Below, in pieces: positions 24,227 through 36,072 of a DNA stretch of 64,000 nt; position 1 is the first letter of the stretch, and every line of letters starts with the position of its first letter. Source of the DNA: Azolla caroliniana (taxonomy: Eukaryota > Plantae > Polypodiophyta); contig JBHGNT010000010.1 of the NCBI GenBank assembly GCA_043228905.1, forward strand, positions 16,058,001 to 16,122,000, read 5' to 3'. A program made the translations under genes and the position numbers. Under the pieces are notes generated by a model, which was given only the letters and a program-made list of their open reading frames with translations, was not told the origin of the DNA and did no database searches.

Positions 24227-27200
24227 TATTAGAAATATTGAGAATCGAGTAGATAGGTATATAGAGTTACAACTGCAGAGATGGATATATGAAAACAGAA
24301 TTTCTATTACATATGAGAGTAGTTCAAAATGGTAGTTTTCCCATGCGCTCACACCTTAGAGCTTAGATAGGATATGGACCGGCTCACTACAAAATTAGTG
24401 GGGACTAATGATGAATCTAACCACTGTGTGAGAAAAGTGACTTATAATCTATGTTTGGTCTTAGTATAAATGTGCAAGTCAGTTGACAGTAGTGGAGATA
24501 TTCCTTTTTTGTCAACTGACTTGTCATTTAATATGACCCAACTCCCTAGGTACAGGCTAGTGCTAGATAATACTTATCTTGAAGTCAATGACGCATACTT
24601 CAAGACTAAGTACATCGTAACTTGCCCACAAAATATTCTAGCTGACTTGATTAGCCAATCCTTTTATCTATTTCTCTCTTTCCTAAATATATTGTGTCCT
24701 ACGCATCTACGGTTTCCTAGATTAACACCTTATCGACCCATATGGTCAAGTTGCACACTAGCCGCTCCTCATTTGGGGCGCTATCACAAAATGTGCACTC
24801 TAAGAGCACATATGGGGATAGATTTACAACTTGGGGCTGATCATTGATTATATCTAACACGCCCCCTCAATGATCAACCCATTGAGTTCACTTGGAATTG
24901 GGCCAACACCTAGTCGTCGAAGGTGTTGTTGCAACTGTTCTGCTCCAAGCGCCTTTGTGAAGATATCTGCAGCATTTTCTGATGTTGGACAGTACTCAAG
25001 CTCCACAATCTCATCATTTATTAGCTCCCGCACATAGTGATACTGAATCTTTATGTGTTTAGTACGTGCATGAAATACGGGGTTCTTGGCAATGGCCATG
25101 CAACTCTGATTGTCACACCTCAATACCGTTGTCGTCCTTATTGGGACTGCCACATCCATAAGGATTCTTCTTAGCCAAACTACCTCGCATGCCGCTATGC
25201 ATGCTGCTTTGTATTCTGCCTCCGTTGAAGATAGTGCCACTGTTGGTTGTTTTTTACTACTCCATGAAACAGCTCCAGATCCTATTGAAAAACAATATCC
25301 AGAAACTGATTTTCTGGAATCACTATCTCCAGCCCAATCGGAGTCGCAATATCCACTAAGTTGGTCAATTGTTGGCTTGTAGAAGATTCCATAATTTAAA
25401 GTACCCACAATGTACTTTAATACACGTAGAGCAGCTTTCCAATGAGTCTCGTTCGGCTTGTTGCTGAATCGACTCACCACATTGACTGCAAAACAAATAT
25501 CCGGCCTAGTGTTGCATAGGAAAATTAGACTTCCTACTAGTTGTCTATACTTCCTTATGTCAACCATTGGTGATGAGTCTTCTTGGGATAGCTTGCAGTT
25601 TGACTCCATTGGAGTCGACTTCGACTTGTTGTCCATCATTCCGAAGGTCTTCAAGATCTCTGTTGCATACTTTCTTTGTGACATGAAGATGCCGACCGAG
25701 GTTTGCCAAACCTCAATTCCAAGGAAGTAGTGTAGAATCCCCAAGTCTGTCATTTCAAACTCAGTTTTCAAACACTCTTGTGTTTGGCCAATGCACTCTT
25801 CATGGTCACCAGTAAGTACTAGATCATCCACGTAAATGATAATGATGACTTGTTTCCCGTCCTTCATTTTGACATACATACTTGCATCCGAAGCACATTG
25901 CTTAAAGTCGATTGATCGTAAGAAGCTGTCTATCCTCTTGTTCCAAGCTCTTGGTGCTTGCTTTAGACCATATAGTGCCTTCTTCAGCTTGCAAACTTTG
26001 TTTTCTGAATTCGGTATCTCAAACCCCGGTGGATGTGTCACATATACCTCCTCCTTGAGATGCCCATTCAGAAATGCTGATTTGACATCCATTTGATAAA
26101 TCGGCCATCCTCTTGAAGCAGCCAACGCTATGACCATTCGAATTGTTGTCATGCGAGCTGTCGGGGCAAATGTTTCTTGTACATCGAACCCTTCAATTTG
26201 GGAGTATCCTTGCGCTACTAGCCTGGCCTTGAATTTCTCCAAAGAGCCATCAGCTTTATACTTTACTTTCCATACCCACTTCGTGCCTATCACCTTCTTC
26301 TTTGTTGGCCTCTCTACCAACTCCCATGTGTCATTTTTCATGATGCTATCATATTCTGATATCATCGCCTCTTTCCACTTCGGGTCGGCCATAGCTTCCT
26401 CCACCGAGGTCGGCTCACTCACTGAGCCTATGATGTCCACCATCAGAGCCATGTTGACAATGTGGTCAGAGGTTCTTCCTTGCTCCTGTATTCTTCTTGA
26501 TCTTCGTAATCCATCAGTTGAAGTTTCAGGAAACTCAACTTTAGGAGTATGATCATTGAAGAGTTGTTGAGCCCACTTAGGTATTTTCTTTACATGTGGG
26601 ACTGGCATAGGCTGAACTAGTGAACCATTACCATCAGATGGTTCAGCTTCCTTTTTTGGATAATGGGTCGGGATTGGGTAAAATACTTCTTCAGTTGATG
26701 ATATAACTTGAGAATCGTTGTTCTCAGCTAGCTGTGGTTGTTCCTCATCGAACACCACATCGCGGCTTGTCAATATCTTTCTTGCCTCTGGATCGTAGAG
26801 TCGATAGGCCTTTGACTCTTCACTATATCCGAGAAAGATACACTTTTTGCTTTTAGCATCCAACTTCTTTCTGCTCACATCTGGAATATGTGCGTAGCAC
26901 ATACACCCAAAGGTTCTGAAGTGCAGCACTGAAGGTTTCTTGCCTGAATAAGCTTCTTGGGGTGTTTTCCCTTGAAGTGCCTTCGTGTAGCTCCGATTGA
27001 GGATGTAAACTGCTGTGTTCACTGCTTCAGCCCAGAATGGGTCGGGCAGCGCTTGTGCCTTCAACATACACCTAGCCATCTCGACAATTGTTCGATTTCA
27101 ACGTTCGACAACGCCATTTTGTTGTGGGGTGTAGGCAGTTGTAAGTTGGCGCTTAATTCCATGCTCTTTGCAATACTCACAGAATTCTATTGATAAGAAT

Positions 27201-29677
27201 TCTCCACCTCGATCAGAGCGTAGCTCCTTCACTAACTTTCCAGACTCTCGCTCGACAAACTTATGCCATCTTTTGAAGATTTTAAAAGCTTCAGCCTTCT
27301 CCCGAAGGAAGTAAACCCACATCTTTCTGCTGAAGTCGTCGACTATTAGCATATAGTAGAGAGATCCACCCATTGCAGGAGTCACCATTTTTCCAGAGAG
27401 GTCAATGTGTATTAGCTGTAGAGGAGTCTTTGCCCGATTTTGACTCTCTTTTGGAATGGCTGATCTTTGATGCTTGCCCATCATACAAGCATCACAAACA
27501 TGACTTAAGTCAGATAGGGTTGGCAACCCAACTACCATATTCGACTTCTTCATCTCCTTCAACACAGCAACGTTGAGATGCCCAAATCTCTCATGCCATT
27601 GCTTTGTGTTGGTACTTGTGCTGTGGTCAGTAGAAATGGTAAACGCGCTCAGCTCATAGAGATTGTTGCGCCTCACCCCTATTCCTACAACCTTGCCAGC
27701 AGAATCTGTTATTTCTGCACCCGACTTCTTGAATCGAACATCAAGACCCTTGTCAGTCAGTGCAGAAATGGACAGTAGATTCTTCTTCAGATCTGGCACG
27801 TACAACACTTGAGAGAGATGCTTTGTCCCACCGGTCGTTGCTTTGAGGGAGACGGTTCCGGTTCCTTTGGCCGGACATCGAGCATTGTTCCCGACCACAA
27901 CATTGATGGGCTCTTGTAGAGGTGTCCAAGAACTGTACCAGTCACGATTACTGGTCATATGTCGGGATGCTCCACTATCGAGAATCCAAGACTCATCAAC
28001 AACTTGAGTGTCAACTGAAGAACACACTTCTTAGTTGCGACCCATAACTCAAGTTCATCTACGACATTGTTAGCGGACTCGGGCTCTCTCCAAGAAGTCT
28101 TATTAGAACCATTCTTCTCATCCGCCATCTTCTTTCGACAATCCTTGATTGTGTGACCCTTCTTGTCACAGTAGAAACACGATCCATTGAACTTCTTCTT
28201 CTTCGGTATCCTATTCGCATTGTTTGAATTGGATGCCCCTTCACCCTTAGTCCTAGAGACAAATGCTGAATCTTCCCTTTCTTCTCTTGTCTTCAGCCGA
28301 AACTCCTCTTCAAGCAGCATTGCACTTAGTTCATCAAATTTTAAAGGAGTGGGTCGAACCTGAGTGTTCAATGCTGTCACAATGCCATCATACTTGAAAG
28401 GAAGTACTCGAATGCACCGACGAGCCATATCCTCTTGAGAGACGACTACTCCAACAGCCGCCAGCTGATCTTGAAGATCCTTAATCCTTTTTACAAAGGA
28501 TTCTACTTTCTCTCCATCAGCGAGCTTCTCTGCAGCAAGCTGATTTTCGAGGTTTTGTATCCTTGTATAGTTTCTGGTCTCATACTGGCTGGCCAATATG
28601 CTCCAAGCTTCATGTGCCCTAGTTGTATGTTGCACTAGTGTTAGTACGGAGTCACATACACCAGTGACTATGGTACATAGCGCATCAGCATTCCTTCTCT
28701 TCCAGGCTCGAAGTAGATCAGCATTTGGAGGAATTGATGTGGTAGGGTGTGCAGGGTCAAAGGTTGCCATGGGCTCAGGGTCTCCCCCTGTGGGTCCCAT
28801 GATTGTTTCCAACAACTCGTAGGAATCCAAAATGGCAGACATTTTGAACTTCCATAGAGTGTAGTTGGTTCCATCTAGCTTTCCATCAGACAATGGAGGT
28901 GGGCGAATGCGCAATGGAGCAGCTGCAACATTCGTGGACAAGGCCATTGATACTCTGTCTCTCTCTCTCTCTATTTCTCTCTGTTGCTAGACAGCAACTA
29001 CCCGTATATACCTAATCTAGATCAACCTCTTTGCTCTGATACCATATTAGAAATATTGAGAATCGAGTAGATAGGTATATAGAGTTACAACTGCAGAGAT
29101 GGATATATGAAAACAGAATTTCTATTACATATGAGAGTAGTTCAAAATGGTAGTTTTCCCATGCGCTCACACCTTAGAGCTTAGATAGGATATGGACCGG
29201 CTCACTACAAAATTAGTGGGGACTAATGATGAATCTAACCACTGTGTGAGAAAAGTGACTTATAATCTATGTTTGGTCTTAGTATAAATGTGCAAGTCAG
29301 TTGACAGTAGTGGAGATATTCCTTTTTTGTCAACTGACTTGTCATTTAATATGACCCAACTCCCTAGGTACAGGCTAGTGCTAGATAATACTTATCTTGA
29401 AGTCAATGACGCATACTTCAAGACTAAGTACATCGTAACTTGCCCACAAAATATTCTAGCTGACTTGATTAGCCAATCCTTTTATCTATTTCTCTCTTTC
29501 CTAAATATATTGTGTCCTACGCATCTACGGTTTCCTAGATTAACACCTTATCGACCCATATGGTCAAGTTGCACACTAGCCGCTCCTCATTTGGGGCGCT
29601 ATCACAAAATGTGCACTCTAAGAGCACATATGGGGATAGATTTACAACTTGGGGCTGATCATTGATTATATCTAACA
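24227..29677 (-). mobile_element. Copia element F, full length and young
   Basis: 633-bp LTRs 24227-24859 and 29045-29677 identical by eye; TSD TGAAG; PBS 29033-29044; PPT near 24860-24868; termini TG...TA. Confidence 0.96.
24854..28947 (-). pseudogene. F gag-PR-INT-RT-RH with one frameshift (about 28030) and one stop (27098-27100)
   Basis: ORFs 27955-28947 (CFYCDKKGHTIKDC), 27098-28027 (WILDSGAS, LRSDRGGEF), 24854-27079 (YVDD, ADIFTK). Confidence 0.92.
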
Positions 29678-30061
29678 TGAAGTTCAGCAAAGAGGGCATG
29701 ATTGTGGCTCGGGCCCGGAACGTTGTACTTGATGAAAACCCGGTTATGCCCGGAAGAAGTGAACGGGGCTCCGACACTGCCGGTGTCGCGTTGTTACGCG
29801 CTTGCGCATAGAAGGGGCGGGACCACGGGGGTCTTGGACCAAGGAGCGAGAGAGAGAGAGAGAGAGAGCGAGAGAATCACAGACACACAGAAATAGGAAG
29901 GAGAGATATAGAATGGAACAATTAATTACAATACCAAGAGATTACAAACTCCGATGGTTACAACCGACAAGGCGGCGATGGGCCCGACACGGGGACCCTA
30001 CTCACGCACACAGATGGAACACCCTGGACACAGAGAAACGCCGACGGAAAAGCCTCTCCTA

Positions 30062-30509
30062 GCAGTGCACGGGCTACCCACGAAGCAGAGGCGTTGAACT
30101 CCCCACCCCACAGAGAATGATGGTTGGAAGAGGAGAGAGAGTTCTTCTTGGTCCTATTTTGTGCGAGTAAGGTATACCACTTAGTCTAGGGTTCTCCCTC
30201 TTCCCATTTTCGTTTTAGGGTTAGGGTTTCGGTTAGGGATTTCTTCTTGGGTTTCCCTTTAGGGTTTTCGGATAGGCATTTTTGGTGCGGTCATGGCGGC
30301 CGCCATTGTTGTAACCATTCGTTGTTTTAATATAGCTTGTTGAGCATCTTGCCTCCGCCGATCTCTCCTTCGATGTCGTGGTCTTATTCTTTCCTCTTCT
30401 CCTCTTGAGCTAAGCCTCCATATCATGTCCTATTCTTTCTCCTCCACTCCCTAGTCCAAGACCCCCGCGGTCCCGCCCCTTCTACACGCACGCGCGTAAC
30501 AACGCGACA
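30062..30509 (+). repeat. 3' part of an oppositely oriented family A LTR nested in the G 3' LTR (left boundary approximate)
   Basis: Ends GTCCAAGACCCCCGCGGTCCCGCC...CGCGACA; right flank CCGT. Confidence 0.72.
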
Positions 30510-30644
30510 CCGTGTAAGAGCCGGTTCATGCGCCTTTTTGGCCGAATCCGCCTATGGCCGGTTTTCTTCACGACATCCGCCCCCACCAAACCGCGCATCC
30601 ACCAGCATGCGCCAGAGACGGGTTGATACCGAAGAAAACCGGCT

Positions 30645-33600
30645 TCAGTCGGCGCACTCTGATTCTTTGTCGGGCCCGAACTGATCGTCGTCGTCGCTCT
30701 CCTCCACGCCTTCTAGGTCTGGCTCGTCCTCGAACCGCTTCTTGAATGCTTTGATCCGCTTCCCGGCCACCGATACTGCTAGCCGTGTCCCATCAAGTTC
30801 CGCGAGGTGGTACATGCCGTTGTCGTTCGCGCTTGTCACCGTGTAGGGCCCGAACCATCTCCTCGCGAACTTCCGTACCGCCTTGTGCTGATTGTCGAGG
30901 CTGTTGTCATACACCAAGACCCAGTTGCCTTCCTCAATCTTCTTTGGTCGCAACCGGTGTGTCTAGTTGAACCGGGTCTTGTTCCGTTCCCTTGCCATCT
31001 GCAGCTTTTCCTTTGCCCGTTTCATGTCCTCCAGCCTCCGCTCGAGTTGCCGAATCCGCGCCGCCAGCAACTCCTCCCGGCTCATCTCGTCCTTCCAATC
31101 TACCCCCACCCACGAAGAAACTGTTCGTTCCACCGGCATGATCGGCCTTTGTCCATACATCAGCTTTGCCGGCATAAACCCTGTTACCAAACTGTGCGTA
31201 GTTCGGTCCGCCCATAGTGCATAAGGAAGGGGTCGCGGCCAATTCCCGACCTGCCCTCCGCATGCACGCACCAAAACCTTTATGCCCACGTTCTACCTTT
31301 CCGATCGCCTCCGGATTGTATGCCGTAGTGAGGGAGAGTTTGCCCCTAGCCGATCAAACAACTCCTCAACCTCCTTCGCATTCAGCTCTCCCCGGTCCGC
31401 CACGATCCTCCCGATGCACCTATACCGACACACTACCTCTTCGATCAGGAACCGGTATACCGCTGCGGTTGTCTTGTTCTACAGTGCACGGCCTTCCACC
31501 TGGTTCGTTAAGTCTTCTCACGCAAGCACCAGGTATCGCATCTGTCCTACTCCCATCGGCATCGTCACCAAGTCCACCATCCACTTGAAATGGACCGTAG
31601 GCGGGTAGGTCGGGTGTAGCTCATCCCGGTGTCGGACTGTGGAGTGCATCTTACAGCTTTTACAAGTCGTTACGAACCGATGCACGTCCTGGTACAGCCC
31701 CGACCACCAGTACTTCTCCTTCAGCTTCTCGAACGTGGCCCACGTTCCGCGGTGCCCGGCCCAGGGACTCTCGTGAAATGCCACCAGTAGTTCCTGCTGT
31801 TCTTCTTTCTTTGTCACTACTCGGAGCGGAATGCCGTTTCTCTTCTTTGGGTGCCTCCATATGCACTTGTCCTGCAGGAAGAATCGGTACGCCTTCTTCT
31901 GTACCCGGCTCGCCTCTTCTCTCGTCCATGCTACGTCCGGCGTCATCGTCCGTAGGAACCTCCCGATTTGGAGCCACTCCCCGTCGTACCTGCTTTCGTC
32001 AAATTCGTTAAGTGCCGGAGTGTCCCTTTCCCTCGTCGCTACGTTAGCCGACCCGAAACCATGCCATCTTCGTCGTCGAACCTCGCTCTCGAAAGCATAT
32101 CGGCCATGGCGTTATCCTTTCCCGAGATGTGCCATATCTCCGGGTTCAGGGACTTAATGTACGCTATCCACTGGAGCATTGCTAGGTCCGGCGTAGCGCA
32201 TCCGGAAACCATGCCGAGTATCAGCAGGAAGTCCGTCTCGACGATCACCTCCGTCCCGATCAGATAGTCCTTGTCGGCCTTGACTACCGAAACGATACCC
32301 CAAAGCTCGCGCTTAACTTGGGCGTATCCTCGCTGCCGCTCGCTCAATACCTTCGCCCCGAACCGGATCGGGAATCGTACGCCATCCTCGTCCTCCTGAC
32401 TGATTACCCACCTGATCCCGGTCGGGCTCGTGTCCACCGTCACGCAGATGGGAACACCCTCGCCGTAAACCGCTTTACGGAGGGCCGGCACTACCGTAAG
32501 CACCTCCTTTAGTCTCCGGACTGACTCCATGTGCTCCGTCCTCCACTCGAACCCACGCCCTTTCTTCAATAGCCCGTAGAGAGGCTCCGAAACATGCACG
32601 TAGTGCGGAATCCAGATGTGGTAGAACGTGCATGCTCCCAAGAATCTGCGAACCTCCGTGACAGACCCGCAATCGTCCCTCATCGCCGAGATGGCCTCCA
32701 CCTTTGCTGGAGACGGTTTCCTACCGTAGGGCCCGCACAAGTGTCTGACCACCAAGATCTCCGACTGCCCGAACGCCGATTTTTCTCCGGAGAAGGTGAG
32801 TCGTGCATTTTCGAGCTTCTGCAGCACCTTCTCGCAGTCATTGATGTGGTTCACGACGAACCTCCGGCATCCATCTGGCCCGACAGTCTCGTCCGCGTCT
32901 TCCACCGGACACCCCTTTATCGGAATTTCATCCAAGAATGGCATGGTGATGTCCGGGATGCAGTCCCTGAGCACCTTGTTCATTGCGTTCACCATATGTG
33001 CCACCGAATTCGTCCCACCTTGTGGTAGGGTACACATCCATACTAGGCCGAGAGGGATTCGCATCGTCGTGATATCCCTACTCTCGACTGCTAGGTGGAA
33101 CTGGTCGTACCCCAAGTATAAGTCACCGACCGAATAGATCGACCTTCCAGCGAGGGCCTCCGTGAACTCGTCTATGGTCCGTCTGATTCCTGCATTACGG
33201 ATGGTCACCTTGTTGACCGGTTGCAGGTCTTGAATGAAGCGCAGCGTGCCGTTCTTCTTTGGCACCGTAAACCACCGGTTCGAATACAAGGCACTCGACG
33301 GTTCGAGGATGCCCATCTCCACCTTTTGCTTCAGAAGCTCCATCAACTTCGGGATGTGAGCTCTCGGCAGTGGAATTGGTTTGAGATTCCACGGTACATG
33401 CGGTACCGTGAAGATCACCATCGGTTCGATGTTCGTCGGGTCCACGCACCCAATCACCTCCGGAGAGAACGCAAAGGCTTTCCCATGCCTTCCGAGCATT
33501 CTCCGAAACCTGTCCTCCTCCGCCGGCAGTAGGAAGCCACCCCCACCGACCTTGAGCTCCCGTAGTGTTATGTCGGTGAACCGGTGCCCTATGCTAGCCC

Positions 33601-34081
33601 GATTCCGTAAACTTGGGTCCGATGCGACCCCTTTTATCCACTCCTTGCTGCCCTCCGGCAAGGGTGCCGCGACTGGCCTCACCTTCCAGTCCACAATCTT
33701 GTACTTTGTATCCACGCGGGCCGTCCGATCCGACCCGATCCTTTCCCCGAAGTCCGCGATGACTTCGTACATTCCCATCGATCCTACTAGAACAGTCTGG
33801 TCTTCTCTAAGGTCTTCACCGATCACCCTTTGCAACTCGCCCAAGGTGTCGTCAAAAGAGACCGCCTCCATGGCGTCGCTGATCTCTTCGTCGGGGGAGA
33901 GGACTCCGCATCCCCTGAGCCGCTCCTCCGCTCGCTTCCTTTCCCGGCCGCTGACGTTGGCTATAGTACAACCTCCGTTTTTGGAAAACCAAAACTTCCT
34001 ACCTACTGTACATGTGTGGGGTTCTTCCGGTACGTCCAGACTACCGTGGCCCCATGCTTTGATAGCCCTCTTTAAAAATCC
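30645..34081 (-). pseudogene. pol: G pol (RT-RH-INT), disrupted
   Basis: ORFs 32039-33871 (FLDE), 31518-31946, 30963-31289, 30645-30953. Confidence 0.92.
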
Positions 34082-36072
34082 CCTCGGGTTTCGCCGCCGA
34101 GGGCCTCGCGATTACGCTCATGGTTTGGTCGCACCGTCAGGAACTGGACCGAGTGACGCCCGTCCTGGCTCTTGACTCTTGCATAGGCCGAACCGTTGTC
34201 GCGTTATTACGCACATGCATGGAGAAAGGCGGGACCACGGGGGTCTTGGACTAGGGAGTGACGGAGCGTAGGAAGTCGTACTTCACCGCTTCCGGGGCAT
34301 CCCAGAAGCACACCAGAAGCAACCGAAAGGGAGAGAGAGAGAGAGAGGGAGCGCGCGCTTAACACCGACTCACGCATGCACACGCACGCACACACACACA
34401 CACACACCGACCCGACTCACGCCCTTATGTACAGGAAACGCAGGAAAGGGGAACCACCCGACACCAACAGAGACGCGAATATACACAAACAGACGCAAAT
34501 GTATATATAAAAGAGGAAGAGTACATTCCCGGCTTCGAGCCGGACCAAGGTAGGTTACATTAGTCGTCAGTTGCCAAGCCGCCGGTCGGGGAGCTCACGG
34601 GCTTGTCGCGCCGAGTGGGGTCTTGCGCAAGAGACGAGCTGAAGCAAACCCTAAGCGAATACGAAGGGGGGAGAAGAAGAAGAAGAAGTGTAACTAACCC
34701 TAAATCTAACGGTATACCCTCTAATGCAAAATGGGCAACCCCTTCACAAAGGGCGCTCCTTTCCTTTTATAGAACAAGGAGAGAGATGTGTTACAATGTG
34801 GGATAAATCCCGACTTACAAGGGATCGTCTTTCCCGACTTGACTACTCTTCGGCGCCATAAAGGTGCCTTCGTTATTCACACTAAATGTACAAGGGTGAG
34901 CACACATGCCGCACCCCGCCGATGTAGCCAATGTTTCCCGGTTTCTGCCTCTGGCCAAAATTCTTCACGACATCCGCCCCCACCTAACCGCACGTCCACC
35001 GGTACGTGCCAATTCCGGCGAAGGGTGAGAGATTTCGGCCGGTGAGAAACCGGTCTTCTGTAATCCGCATCCCGGCTGGCGGCCGGTTTGATCCATCGGC
35101 TTCGGTTCTTCCTTCGCGCTTACCTCCCCGTAGGCTCGTTCGACCCGTCAATGGGTCCTCTGCCGCATTCTCCGTAGTACACGTACTTCCGCTGGCCCTT
35201 GTTCGGCCGTATGAATGCCCCGCTCCCCGTCGTATGCCCGGTGTCCTCCGCTCGGGGAACGCCCGTAGCGGCCCGCTTGGCCTCCGTTGATCATTCGCGA
35301 CGTCCTGATTGCCATCTCATGTTGTGTCGCGTGTCGCGTTGCCCTCGTCCTCTCGCCGCCACCTTCCTTCTCCATGGTCTTTACATCGCCGCATCGGCTC
35401 GAACCGCCATGGTCTCCAGAACGGTGTGGAGGATCCCTTTCGGCCTTCTACGCGCTACCTCCGAACCACGCAACCTATCTCCGTGCTCGCCTTTCCGCTC
35501 CGGCACCTCCGTGTGCCACATACCCTCGTCCGTTGTTTGGCACTGCCTGTGCCGTACTCTGGTTCATTGCACGCCTTGTCGGCCCCTTTCCCAGCCAGGT
35601 CGTGCATCGCCGCTCACCCGCATACTGGTGTCCTTCCCATCCGAGGAACACCCCGTAGTAGCCCGCTTGGCCCTTCCCGTCTTCGCGCTGCTGCAACAGG
35701 TCCCGAGTCTTCCGCTTGCCGTCGTCCCCTCGCCCCCACCAGCTTGTCACCTCGGCTTTCCGTGTCAGTCTTCGCTACTTCGACGGAGCTACCGAGATCT
35801 ACGAAGTGAGTGTGGAGGATCCTCCTCCGGACTCTCTTGCCATCCCCTGACTCCGACCCTATGCAGTCCACTAGGCATTTGTCACCTCGTTCCCGGCACC
35901 TCCCTTGTGCCGTCTTCCGCTTCCTTTGTTCGGCACCGCCGGTGTCAAACATTGTCCCGTAGTCACGCTTTGATCCGGCCTGCGATGGCCACTTGCGAGA
36001 CTCTTGTTCCGCCCCAGGTGTGCCTTTCCAGCCCGACACACCTCCTCGTGTTTGCCCCTACCGGCTCCTTCC

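Noticed and set aside
24470-24847. Identical 125-aa ORFs at 24470 and 29288
   Set aside because: They are antisense ORFs within the duplicated LTR of F, with no recognisable motif.
3830-30060. A single 26-kb inversion explaining both the U3-U3 junction (3830) and the U5-U5 junction (about 30060)
   Set aside because: The U5 at 30300-30509 does not match the A2 U5, and the G and C2 TSDs span the second junction intact.
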